The notes beneath the pieces were generated by a model that was not told the DNA's origin, ran no database searches, and was given only the letters and a program-made list of their open reading frames with translations. A DNA stretch of 37,152 bases from an uncultured Bacillales bacterium. Its GTDB lineage: Bacteria > Bacillota_I > Bacilli_A > RFN20 > CAG-826. Both the position numbers and the translations under genes were made by a program. Numbering within the stretch: the stretch's first letter is position 1; the number at the start of each line of letters is the position of its first letter. The stretch is from the NCBI GenBank assembly GCA_946625055.1, contig CAMOSS010000003.1:1-37152 (forward strand), written 5' to 3'. Positions 8,581 to 17,535 of the stretch are shown piece after piece.

Positions 8581-9450
8581 TTATCTTTGTTTTGCGTGGA
8601 AGGCAACACCAACGTTACCAGGGCCGCAGTGTGAACCTGCTGTAGGGTTAACATTGACAATCTTGATATCGAGGTTATCGCCATATTCTTTTTTGATGTA
8701 GCCAATCAATTCATTAACTTCATCCATGGCGTCTGAATGACCAATAACGATTCTATGACCTTGGACATCATCACCAAGTTTTTTCATATAATCAACGATC
8801 TTTAAGAGGGTTCCTTTTCTACCTCTAGCTTTATCAACAGAACCCATCATTCCAGTAGCGGCCATATTAAGAATTGGGTGCAAACCAATGATGGTGCCCA
8901 TGATGGCTTTGAAGTTAGAGACTCTTCCACTTCTAGCGAAGAATCTTAAATCTGAAGCATAGAAATATGTCGCCCAGTGATCGACTTCAGCCTCTAAGGC
9001 TTCAACCATTTCTGGGCCACTCTTACCGGCTTTATATAAATCAATAGCTTCAAGGACCTGGATATAAGCGTTGATGGTAATACCTTTAAGGTCAACTTCC
9101 CAGAATTTTCTTTCTGGGTATTTTTCTTTGAGCTCTTGAAGAGCGATATTCATCGCATTAAATGTTCCAGTCATCGCGGTTGAAAAGTGAACATAAATAA
9201 TGTCATCTCCATTTTTAAAGACTGGTTCAAAGTAGTTGATGTAGTCGAGTGGACTTAATGCACATGTTGATGGCATGACGCCTTTTCTTAATGAATTATA
9301 GAAAGCTTTGTAATCAAATTCATCGCTATCTTTGAATGGGAAATATGTCACTCCATCAATGATGTAAGGCATAGAAATCATTTTGATATCTAATTCTTTT
9401 AGTTCGCTTGGGACGACATCGGAATCGCTATCGACAAATAGTTTTAACAT
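8581..9450 (-). CDS. degV: DegV family fatty-acid-binding protein (FakB-like)
   Basis: VDSDSD, PSTCA, FSTAMTGT, SGRVS, GSHCGPG; AGGAG RBS. Confidence 0.92.
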   Translation of the reverse strand: MLKLFVDSDSDVVPSELKELDIKMISMPYIIDGVTYFPFKDSDEFDYKAFYNSLRKGVMPSTCALSPLDYINYFEPVFKNGDDIIYVHFSTAMTGTFNAMNIALQELKEKYPERKFWEVDLKGITINAYIQVLEAIDLYKAGKSGPEMVEALEAEVDHWATYFYASDLRFFARSGRVSNFKAIMGTIIGLHPILNMAATGMMGSVDKARGRKGTLLKIVDYMKKLGDDVQGHRIVIGHSDAMDEVNELIGYIKKEYGDNLDIKIVNVNPTAGSHCGPGNVGVAFHAKQR

Positions 9451-9465
9451 AATTATCTCCTTAGG

Positions 9466-9490
9466 AATAAAAAGAGGTCAAAGACCTCTT
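9466..9490 (-). terminator. Intrinsic terminator after the EF-G paralogue
   Basis: Minus strand AAGAGGTC-TTT-GACCTCTT then TTTATT. Confidence 0.8.
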
Positions 9491-9501
9491 TATTTTATTG
9501 A

Positions 9502-11559
9502 TTAGTTGTTGTTAATCTTGTTTTCTTTAACAACTTTATCCACGAGGTATTGTGGGACTTCTTCGTAACTATAGAATTCTCTATTAAAGTAACCAGAAGC
9601 TTGTGTAATGGATTTAAGTTGTGTGGCGTAATCAATGATTTCGGCTTCAGGAATTAAAGCTTCAATTTCTTGAGTTCCGTGTTCGCCTTCAACCATGTTT
9701 TGAATTCTTGCTCTTCTTGTGTTGAGGTCAGACATGACATCACCGGTATATTTGGATTCAACATTAACGGTAATCTTCATGATTGGTTCAAGAATAATTG
9801 GTTTACATTTTGGATATGCTTCTTTGAAGGCTAAGATGGCAGCCATCTTGAAGGCGGCTTCGTTGGAATCAACTGGGTGATATTTACCATCGACTAAGAC
9901 GGCTTTAACACCTATGACTGGGAAACCAGCAAGTGGTCCAGTTTTAACAGCTTCAAAGAAACCTTTTTCAACTGCTGGGAAGTAGTTTTTAGGAACAGCA
10001 CCACCGAAGACTTCTTCTGCAAAGCAGTTTTCTTCAGCTGGTTCAAATCTCATATCGACAACACCATAGAATCCACTACCACCGGATTGTTTGACATAAC
10101 GACCAATGGCTTGACCTGTGGCTTTGATTGATTCACGATAGACGATTTTCATTTCTTCTGTAGCGACATCAATCTTGTATAAGTTTTTAAGTTTTTCTAA
10201 GACGTAATCTAATTGTGAATTAGAAACACCACCGAGTAATAATTGCTTTGTTTCATTATTTCTCTTCACTTCGATGGTTGGGTCTTCGAGTTGAATTTTT
10301 GCTAAAGCTGGTCCAATCTTTGCTTCATCGTTTTTGTTCTTTAAGACGATAGCTCTGAATAAGACAGCGGTTGGATATTTAACAGGCTTATATGTAATGA
10401 CTGATTTTGGTGAGCATAATGTCATTGTGGAAGCAACACCTTCCATACGGGTAACTGCGCCGATATCACCAGCAAAGATTTCTGGGATAGCATTTAAGTT
10501 CTTACCGCACATAGAATAGAGTGCGCCAACACGTTGTGTTGAACCATTGACATAAACTTCTTCACCGACTTTTAAGGAACCAGAATTAACTTTAATTAAG
10601 TTAATAACACCAGCGTATGGATCGCACACTGTTTTGAAGACATAAGCTGAGAATGGTTCATCAACGGATGATTTTCTTTCAACGATATTACCAGATTCAT
10701 CTGTGGCTTCTAATGGTTTTAAGTCAGCTGGGTTTGGTAAATAATCGATAAACATATCGAGCATTGTGCGTAAGCCAACGTTCTTTAATGCAGAACCGAC
10801 TAAGACAGGAACTAATTCGCCAGAAAGAACACCAGTTCTTAATCCACCATGGATTTCTTCTATGGAAAGTTCTTCTCCACCAAAGTATTTTTCGAGTAAT
10901 TCATCAGATGTACCAGCAACTGCTTCAAGAATTGCATCGTGTAAACTATCAACTTTAGCTTTCTTATCACCGAATAATTCTTCGGAAACAAGGTTCTTTC
11001 CATCATCTTTGACAGCGTTCATGTCAACAACGTTGACATAACCATCAAATGAATTGCCATGGCCTAATGGATAGCAGAATGGAATAGCTTCTTTACCAAG
11101 TTTTGTTCTAATTTCTTCTAAAACTTCATCGAAGTTAGCACCATCTTTTTCAAGTTTGTTAACAAAGATGAAAGCTGGGATTCCTCTTCTTCTAATTGTA
11201 TTCCAGTGTTTGATTGTGGTCATTTGAACACCGACAGAACCATCGATGACAAGAACTGCACCTTTGACAACACGGGTGACACCAATGGCTTCACCAACGA
11301 AATCATCGTTACCAGGAATATCAATTAAGTTGATCTTGTGGTCTTTATAAACGATTGGGACAACAGCGGTTTGAATGGACATTTGTCTTCTTTGTTCATC
11401 AGCTGTGTAATCGCTTAATGTGTTTTTCTTTTCAACTTCACCTTTTTGGGTGGTTAAGCCACTAACAAAAGCAAGGGCTTCAACTAATGAAGTCTTACCG
11501 GAACCTTGGTGGCCTAAAAAAGCAACGTTCCTAATGTTTGACGAGTCAAAACGAGCCAT
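9502..11559 (-). CDS. fusA2: Elongation factor G paralogue (EF-G2 / EFG II)
   Basis: Full EF-G layout (GHQGSGKT, DIPGN, NKLE, GSAL, EDPT, YRESI, KQSGG, GPLAGFPV, HPVDS, ILEP) with divergent G2/G3 motifs; outside the rpsL-rpsG-fusA-tuf operon. Confidence 0.92.
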   Translation of the reverse strand: MARFDSSNIRNVAFLGHQGSGKTSLVEALAFVSGLTTQKGEVEKKNTLSDYTADEQRRQMSIQTAVVPIVYKDHKINLIDIPGNDDFVGEAIGVTRVVKGAVLVIDGSVGVQMTTIKHWNTIRRRGIPAFIFVNKLEKDGANFDEVLEEIRTKLGKEAIPFCYPLGHGNSFDGYVNVVDMNAVKDDGKNLVSEELFGDKKAKVDSLHDAILEAVAGTSDELLEKYFGGEELSIEEIHGGLRTGVLSGELVPVLVGSALKNVGLRTMLDMFIDYLPNPADLKPLEATDESGNIVERKSSVDEPFSAYVFKTVCDPYAGVINLIKVNSGSLKVGEEVYVNGSTQRVGALYSMCGKNLNAIPEIFAGDIGAVTRMEGVASTMTLCSPKSVITYKPVKYPTAVLFRAIVLKNKNDEAKIGPALAKIQLEDPTIEVKRNNETKQLLLGGVSNSQLDYVLEKLKNLYKIDVATEEMKIVYRESIKATGQAIGRYVKQSGGSGFYGVVDMRFEPAEENCFAEEVFGGAVPKNYFPAVEKGFFEAVKTGPLAGFPVIGVKAVLVDGKYHPVDSNEAAFKMAAILAFKEAYPKCKPIILEPIMKITVNVESKYTGDVMSDLNTRRARIQNMVEGEHGTQEIEALIPEAEIIDYATQLKSITQASGYFNREFYSYEEVPQYLVDKVVKENKINNN

Positions 11560-11644
11560 AATATTATCTCCTAAGTAGTTAAAGTAACCTTTAATATTTT
11601 ACACATAAAATAAAACGTGTGCATTATTTTATTTAGATTAAATA

Positions 11645-11671
11645 ATAAAAAGAGCCCGATGAACGGACTCT
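11645..11671 (-). terminator. Intrinsic terminator after the Ig-domain lipoprotein
   Basis: Minus strand AGAGTCCG-TTCAT-CGGGCTCT then TTTTATT. Confidence 0.8.
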
Positions 11672-11690
11672 ATAGCATTTTTTAGGCTAA

Positions 11691-14162
11691 TTATTCAATG
11701 TCTTTAGCCATATCAATTAAGGCATTGATTTTGTTTTGAATAGAAGCATCGCTAACGCGATATCCATACATTGCGGTTTCACATGCATTCACTTCTAATA
11801 GTTTTGCTTGAACCACTAATGCTTGAGCGTTAAATGCTGCTTTCTTAGCAGTAATTTCTTCACTTCCTTCGGCCTTAACAAGTTCTTTAAATAAATTCAT
11901 TAACTCATCATACATGTTGTTTTGATAAGTGTTAGAAGCGTTAACTATCTTTTCTCTAGTTTCCGTATTGAGATTAAGTTTTGTTCTTAATTCAAGAGAA
12001 CCTGCTTCTTGAGAACGTCTAATTCCAAGAATTGAATTTGAATATCCATCGATACATTTGTTGAGAAGTGAGAGATTAAGGAGTTGTTCAAATAAATCTG
12101 TATCATCTTGAATTAGTTCAACATATCTCACAAAACAATCTGTGGATAATCTTGTTAATTCATTTAATTCAGTTCCCTTTGAAACAAGCATTTCTTCAAA
12201 GCTATCAAAGTAATCTGAGAGTTCACCAACGAAGTTTCTCTTTGAGTATTTTGCTGGGATAACAAGTGTTCCAACAAAGTCTTGATAGAAGGTTATAATT
12301 GATGAATATTCATCGATGAGATTAACAACCGCAGTTTTGTCATTATTCTCTTTCACACTTTCAGCGTTTAATTTGAAGGCATCAAGTCTATTTGAGAAAG
12401 CTTCTAAGAAACTATTTTGAATGTTCTTTACTGAATTATAATGGTTTTCATTTTCTTCTTTTAAACGAAGATCCCAATCTTTATATTCAATGATATCTTC
12501 TAAAGCTTCAATAACCTTATCCACTGTATCAATCGTGGAGAAATCTAAAGAATTGACTATGTCATTGACTGAATTTTTAATTTTCAATAACTCGTTTTGA
12601 ATCTTGAGTTCATCATAGCCACCTTCAAGCATTCCTTTAACAGAATCAGGTAATGATTGATATTGACTTAAGGCTTCTTCATATAAAGCAATAGAGTCTT
12701 TTGCAATTGAGATTTCATTTCTTCTAAAGCCTAAATTTGAATAGTCAATTAAGTAGTTCAATTTCGCATAGAACTTATCAAAAATTGAAGCATCATTTCT
12801 TAATCTATAGTTTCTAGCATCCACTGTCTTAAATAGGTTATTATCTTCCCTAGCATTTTCGTCGATATTAATTTGAGCATGGACACCGATTTCTTTAGCG
12901 TCTTCAGAGGCTTGACCTTTACCATAGAATTCAAAGCCGGCGATATGTGTATGTCCATCATCGCCACGGTACAAAGTAACTTTTGAACCAACATTTCCGA
13001 TGTTCACCATATCAAATAAATTAGACATAATTGTTGGAAGGCCCAACATCCCAAGAACCACTCTCATCGCTGCTTTCTTTGCGGTGTCATTAAAGGTGAA
13101 ATCAAGATTGACATAATCTTTTGAATTCTTAACATAAGATTCTTTCTTCACATCAACTCCGCCAAGAATGACGGCTAAAGTATTTCCAATCGCGGACAAA
13201 GTGGCATTAGTTTCTTCAGAAATAAGATCACCATCAGACATTTGAGAAAGTAGTCCAATGTAGTCAATCTTTTCTAATTCATTATTTTCAAAGTCTATTC
13301 TTTGAATAAGTGAGATGATAGCCTTGATTAAATCAAGAGTATTGACACTTTCTTCTTTATCTTCTAATTCTTCTTCATAGAATGTTAATGTGTCTTTAGA
13401 CACATATCCACCAGTCGAACGAATGTCTTCCCCATAATATGAGAAGAAGTTTTCATTATGTTCTTCTGAATATGTGAGAAGTTCATCATCACTCATTTCA
13501 GAAATCTTTTTCTCCAAAGCTTGGAAGTGAGCAGCAAAGGCTCTTTCTTCTCCGCTTCTATCATCATCGAGCAAAACTCCATATTCAGAATCTCTAAAGT
13601 TAGTGACAAAACTCATATAGCTAACATTGTTTCTAATCTGCTGAGCCTTATTTTCAGTTACAGTTGTTTTTAAAACATCTGTGTTAGCAATGAATTCATT
13701 ATTCTCTCTATAAACAAGAAGACCATCTCTAGCGGTATAAGCGAGTTCAAGAGGAGAGTTAAAGGTTCTACTTTCTATATAGTCTCCACCATCAAAGGAC
13801 AAAATGACGGAACCATTTCTAACTAAAACATTATCAACGACAGGAGTTGAAACTCTAACATGGCAAACTTGTTCAATATCATTAGCGTGAACAAGGATAT
13901 TTGTTTCACCCTTAGCCACCGCTGTGATATAACCTTGAGAGTTAATAGCAGCAATCTTAGGATTCATTGAATAGTAATAAATTTTACTATTCTCGTCACC
14001 ACCAGTAAGCGTGACATTAAGTTTGTAGCGATCCCCAACATTTAAAGTAACGTTGTTACTTTGTAGAATAACTGCTGTAATAGGTTCAACTTTTTTAGAT
14101 GACTTATTACATCCAGTCAACACTAGTAATGAGGAACATAGAATCAATAATGTTTTTTTCAT
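11691..14162 (-). CDS. Large lipoprotein with an N-terminal bacterial Ig-like (Big_2) domain, beta-rich middle and helical C-terminus
   Basis: MKK + hydrophobic stretch + lipobox LTGC; LNVGDRYKL...SMNPKIAAINSQGYITAVAKGETNI is Big_2-like; start set to ATG 14162 by the GAGGA RBS. Confidence 0.82.
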   Translation of the reverse strand: MKKTLLILCSSLLVLTGCNKSSKKVEPITAVILQSNNVTLNVGDRYKLNVTLTGGDENSKIYYYSMNPKIAAINSQGYITAVAKGETNILVHANDIEQVCHVRVSTPVVDNVLVRNGSVILSFDGGDYIESRTFNSPLELAYTARDGLLVYRENNEFIANTDVLKTTVTENKAQQIRNNVSYMSFVTNFRDSEYGVLLDDDRSGEERAFAAHFQALEKKISEMSDDELLTYSEEHNENFFSYYGEDIRSTGGYVSKDTLTFYEEELEDKEESVNTLDLIKAIISLIQRIDFENNELEKIDYIGLLSQMSDGDLISEETNATLSAIGNTLAVILGGVDVKKESYVKNSKDYVNLDFTFNDTAKKAAMRVVLGMLGLPTIMSNLFDMVNIGNVGSKVTLYRGDDGHTHIAGFEFYGKGQASEDAKEIGVHAQINIDENAREDNNLFKTVDARNYRLRNDASIFDKFYAKLNYLIDYSNLGFRRNEISIAKDSIALYEEALSQYQSLPDSVKGMLEGGYDELKIQNELLKIKNSVNDIVNSLDFSTIDTVDKVIEALEDIIEYKDWDLRLKEENENHYNSVKNIQNSFLEAFSNRLDAFKLNAESVKENNDKTAVVNLIDEYSSIITFYQDFVGTLVIPAKYSKRNFVGELSDYFDSFEEMLVSKGTELNELTRLSTDCFVRYVELIQDDTDLFEQLLNLSLLNKCIDGYSNSILGIRRSQEAGSLELRTKLNLNTETREKIVNASNTYQNNMYDELMNLFKELVKAEGSEEITAKKAAFNAQALVVQAKLLEVNACETAMYGYRVSDASIQNKINALIDMAKDIE

Positions 14163-14187
14163 AGAAAAAGTCCTCTTTAACAAGGAC

Positions 14188-14196
14188 ATATTAGCA
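14188..14196 (-). promoter_or_regulatory. Extended -10 promoter of the lipoprotein gene
   Basis: Minus strand TG-c-TAATAT about 25 nt upstream of ATG 14162. Confidence 0.45.
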
Positions 14197-14230
14197 CATC
14201 TTTATAAAAATAATTACTGCTTTTTAATTA

Positions 14231-15133
14231 TTAAAACCCGACAATTAAGCAAGTTAAATAGCCAAATAATAAGGAGACAAAGAAACAAATGCCTAAAATC
14301 ACAAAGGCGGACTTAATTGTTTTCTTGTTCTTTAGTAATACCATCAAACCAAGACCAGCATTCATTAAAAGTCCAGATAGAAGCGCACCAAATGAAAGAT
14401 GCCCGTTAATGAACAATTCAGAAATAACCACTGATGAAGCACAGTTAGGAATCACACCAATAATGGTTGAGAACAATGGAGCAAGATATCTGTTTGAACT
14501 AATAAAACTAGAGAATGTTTCTTCTCCAATAAATCCAATTAAAAAACCAAAGAATAAGTTGACTGCTAAAACATAAGCAAATAGTTCAAGGGAGTGAAGC
14601 AATGGATGAATAAAGTGTTCATGGAAAGCGCTTTCTTTATGATGTTCTTCTTCCTCATTTTCTTCATGATGATGAGCATGAATATGAGCGTGATGGCATT
14701 CATCAACATTCACTTCTTCTTCAAGATGTAATTCTTGTTTTGCATAGATTAAATCAATAAGGAAACCAATGACAAAACCTATGACAAATTTTAAACCTAC
14801 AAGTGGTAATATTGCTAATGCCACTTTTGACCCTGAAGATAACAATAAAGGAATAGCCTCATCAGAACATGATAAGAATATAGCAACAATCGTTCCAATT
14901 GTGATGTGCCTACCAATATAGAGATCCGCTCCTAATACTGAGGTTCCGCATTGAGGAATCAATCCAAATAAAGCACCAAAAAGAGGTGCAATTCTTCTAT
15001 TTTTCTCTAAAATTTCCTTCATTTTGATTTTTATAAAGGAAAAGATAAATTCAAAGATAAAGACAAAAAGAAGGACAAGCGCACTGTCTTTTAATGCATC
15101 TAAAAATATGTCTAAGGCTAGCTCCAAAGTCAT
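14231..15133 (-). CDS. Putative metal permease (DUF2899 / putative manganese transporter family) with His-rich loop
   Basis: About 8 TM segments, duplicated GLIPQCG / GVIPNCA motifs, LSCSDEA, loop CHHAHIHAHHHEENEEEEHH; TAATG-coupled to the Fur gene. Confidence 0.8.
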   Translation of the reverse strand: MTLELALDIFLDALKDSALVLLFVFIFEFIFSFIKIKMKEILEKNRRIAPLFGALFGLIPQCGTSVLGADLYIGRHITIGTIVAIFLSCSDEAIPLLLSSGSKVALAILPLVGLKFVIGFVIGFLIDLIYAKQELHLEEEVNVDECHHAHIHAHHHEENEEEEHHKESAFHEHFIHPLLHSLELFAYVLAVNLFFGFLIGFIGEETFSSFISSNRYLAPLFSTIIGVIPNCASSVVISELFINGHLSFGALLSGLLMNAGLGLMVLLKNKKTIKSAFVILGICFFVSLLFGYLTCLIVGF

Positions 15134-15534
15134 TATTTATTTCCTCTACAATCTTCACAAATACCGTAGAAACTAACCCTTGATTTGTTAACCTTAAAAT
15201 TGTGATCTTTTGATATGTGATTAACGATGTGTTCGACCTCATCACAATCCATGTGAATTAACTTCCCACATTTCTCACAAATGAGGTGGAAATGATTCAT
15301 GCAATCATCGTGTGATTTAATTTGATAACAGGCCTTTGAAGTATTGTCGAAAACTATCTTTTGAATCAAACCTTCTTGAGCGAGTTCATCAACTCTACGA
15401 TAAATTGTGGCAATAGAAACATTCTCGCCTTTTTCATCCAAAAGCGTTTTTATTTCTTCAACAGTGAGATGTCTATCTTCATTGTCTTTAAAGAGATCTA
15501 ATATTGTTTGTTTTTGTTTCGTTTTGTATTTCAT
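15133..15534 (-). CDS. Fur family metalloregulator (133 aa)
   Basis: HLTVEEI, VSIATIYR, HFHLICEKCG, GICEDC. Start moved to ATG 15534 because TTG 15600 lies upstream of a perfect promoter. Confidence 0.92.
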   Translation of the reverse strand: MKYKTKQKQTILDLFKDNEDRHLTVEEIKTLLDEKGENVSIATIYRRVDELAQEGLIQKIVFDNTSKACYQIKSHDDCMNHFHLICEKCGKLIHMDCDEVEHIVNHISKDHNFKVNKSRVSFYGICEDCRGNK

Positions 15535-15537
15535 AAT

Positions 15538-15554
15538 TTGAGAACGATTATCAA
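15538..15554. promoter_or_regulatory. Fur-box-like operator (autoregulation)
   Basis: Minus strand TTGATAATCGTTCTCAA; 12/14 match to the 7-1-7 consensus TGATAAT-N-ATTATCA, between promoter and start codon. Confidence 0.75.
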
Positions 15555-15565
15555 TTTGTAAAACT

Positions 15566-15594
15566 ATTATATTTTTATTAAATATACTTGTCAA
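15566..15594 (-). promoter_or_regulatory. Consensus sigma-A promoter of the Fur-permease operon
   Basis: TTGACA (15589-15594), 17 bp, TATAAT (15566-15571). Confidence 0.9.
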
Positions 15595-15600
15595 AGGCAA

Positions 15601-15627
15601 AATAAAAGAGCTTATTAACTAAGCCCT
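15601..15627 (-). terminator. Intrinsic terminator after the carboxylesterase
   Basis: Minus strand AGGGCTTA-GTTAA-TAAGCTCT then TTTATT. Confidence 0.75.
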
Positions 15628-15628
15628 A

Positions 15629-17482
15629 TTATTCGTTTGGATGTTCTACTTTATATTGTTCAAATTCTTCAAAGAATGAATACAATCTTGCGAACGGATC
15701 ATCGATTTGAGAAACATTCTTTCCAAGCTCTTGAACTTTATTTTGACTTGAATGCCACTCTGGCCAACTTGGAACTGAATCGCCAATACTTGGATCATCA
15801 TTCTTAACAAAGTTAACCCAGTAAGAGGCCATCGTATCAGATAAGTCATAATCTGATTGATTATAACGATATTGATATTTCGAGTTCTTAATATTGTTAT
15901 AAGCATAGATCATTTCTCCACTATGCCATGTTGACATATAGCCATTAGTCTTTGTAAAGACATAACGATAAACTGGTTCTCCGTTTTCTTCAGCGAGTTT
16001 ACTCCAGGCTTGATGTGGATAAACAAACCAATAGGTTGAGATAATTTCATTAAAGGCTCTATAAGCATCACCATCAGTCTTAACATCTGGATATAACGCT
16101 AATAACTTATCAGTGAGATTGCCAAACACTGCTTTCAATCTTGATTTCCAGTTGCTCTTGTTTGGTTGTCCACTGACTAAGAACATTGGAATGGTAAAGG
16201 CTTCAGCCTCATTCGCATTCGCACCATTTAATAAGATTTCTTCATTATTTTCATGTGCCTTATAAATTTCATAAGGCGATTTTGGTAAGGCATAACCATC
16301 AACACATAATGAATTGTTTTCATATTTTGTATTTACTAACTTAGTGGCAGGAATCTTTCTTAATTCTTCTACAGAAGAACACTTGAACTCTTCTTGAATA
16401 TCTTTGCCCATTTTAAGAGCTTTATCCAATGTTCTATAAGTATGTGGAGGGGTAAGAGTTGCTACACTTGAAGATTCACCAATGGCTTTTCTAAATAAGC
16501 CTTTGGCTAACGGTGAAGCACAAATCGCACTAACAGATGATGATCCTGCGGATTCACCAGCGATTGTGATGTTATCTTTATTGCCATTAAACTTACCAAT
16601 GTTATCATTGACCCATTTTAGTCCTTTAATTTGGTCTAAAAGACCATAAACACCAGTCGTGTGGTTTGGTGATTCCGCTTTTAATTCTTCGTGAGCAAAG
16701 TATCCAAAGACACCAACACGGTAAGCAACAGAAACAAAGATAATTCCTCTTTTCGCGAGTTCAGTGCCGTTATAATCCATAGATGATGTTGATCCACGCA
16801 TCAATGAACCACCATGATAAAACACTAACACCGGGGTGTTTGGCAAGGCATTCTTTGGTTTAAAGACGTTTAAATATAAACAGTCTTCACTTCTTGCTTC
16901 TATATCATGTGATCGATAATCGATGTTCCAGCCTTTTTCTAAAACTAACTGCGTTCCTGAATCAAAGAATTGATTTGATAAAGGTTGCATTGCTTTTGGG
17001 GCAAAATAAGAACAATCTTTTACTCCATCCCAAGGAACAACATCTTGAGGTTCTTTCCATCTTAATTCACCCACTGGGGCTTTCGCATATGGAATACCTG
17101 TATATATTTCAACGTTTTGTTCTTTATTTAAAACACCTTGAATTTTGCCACCTTCAACTTCGACAATGTCTGATTTGGTCGGATTTTTATAATCAACCGC
17201 TCTCACTCTTGAACTAGTAGGACCAGAGATGTTAAACAATAAGACAAGCAATAATAATCCGGCGAGGCCGTTAGCAAGTTTAAAGAACCATCTCTTTTTT
17301 AGTAAGAGTACAAATCCCGCAATCATCAGTGCGTAGATAACAAATCCGAGCACGATGCCCCACACTTTTAAATTGAACATGTCTAAAAGGAACATCAAGA
17401 TCACAAGATTTAAAGCTCCTAAAACTGAAAGGATGATTAAGTAAACAATATTGCCCTTTGTAAGTTTTTTCATAAATTGCAT
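15629..17482 (-). CDS. Membrane-anchored type-B carboxylesterase (PnbA-like)
   Basis: Three N-terminal TM helices; GIPYAKAPVGELRW, SEDCLYLN, HGGS, GESAG, ANEA, WHSGE. Start ATG 17482 or 17473 preferred over TTG 17488 given TATAAT at 17491-17496. Confidence 0.88.
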   Translation of the reverse strand: MQFMKKLTKGNIVYLIILSVLGALNLVILMFLLDMFNLKVWGIVLGFVIYALMIAGFVLLLKKRWFFKLANGLAGLLLLVLLFNISGPTSSRVRAVDYKNPTKSDIVEVEGGKIQGVLNKEQNVEIYTGIPYAKAPVGELRWKEPQDVVPWDGVKDCSYFAPKAMQPLSNQFFDSGTQLVLEKGWNIDYRSHDIEARSEDCLYLNVFKPKNALPNTPVLVFYHGGSLMRGSTSSMDYNGTELAKRGIIFVSVAYRVGVFGYFAHEELKAESPNHTTGVYGLLDQIKGLKWVNDNIGKFNGNKDNITIAGESAGSSSVSAICASPLAKGLFRKAIGESSSVATLTPPHTYRTLDKALKMGKDIQEEFKCSSVEELRKIPATKLVNTKYENNSLCVDGYALPKSPYEIYKAHENNEEILLNGANANEAEAFTIPMFLVSGQPNKSNWKSRLKAVFGNLTDKLLALYPDVKTDGDAYRAFNEIISTYWFVYPHQAWSKLAEENGEPVYRYVFTKTNGYMSTWHSGEMIYAYNNIKNSKYQYRYNQSDYDLSDTMASYWVNFVKNDDPSIGDSVPSWPEWHSSQNKVQELGKNVSQIDDPFARLYSFFEEFEQYKVEHPNE

Positions 17483-17490
17483 CACCAACT

Positions 17491-17520
17491 ATTATATCTT
17501 TACGATATATATGATAAGAT
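17491..17520. promoter_or_regulatory. Back-to-back promoters for carboxylesterase and add
   Basis: Minus TATAAT at 17491-17496; plus extended -10 TG-a-TAAGAT at 17512-17520. Confidence 0.5.
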
Positions 17521-17535
17521 ATTTTTGGTTTTAAT

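Noticed and set aside
14191-14200. TTAGCACATC as a second CIRCE
   Set aside because: Imperfect half site with no matching arm 9 bp away.
15535-15600. N-terminal extension of the Fur protein given by the ORF track (likewise for yqeY, clpB, fba, GT2 and the lipoprotein)
   Set aside because: The extensions run through promoters, operators or terminators; downstream ATGs fit RBS position or family length better.
17483-17535. Purine riboswitch ahead of add-permease
   Set aside because: The gap is only about 50 bp, filled by two promoters, and lacks the conserved aptamer core.
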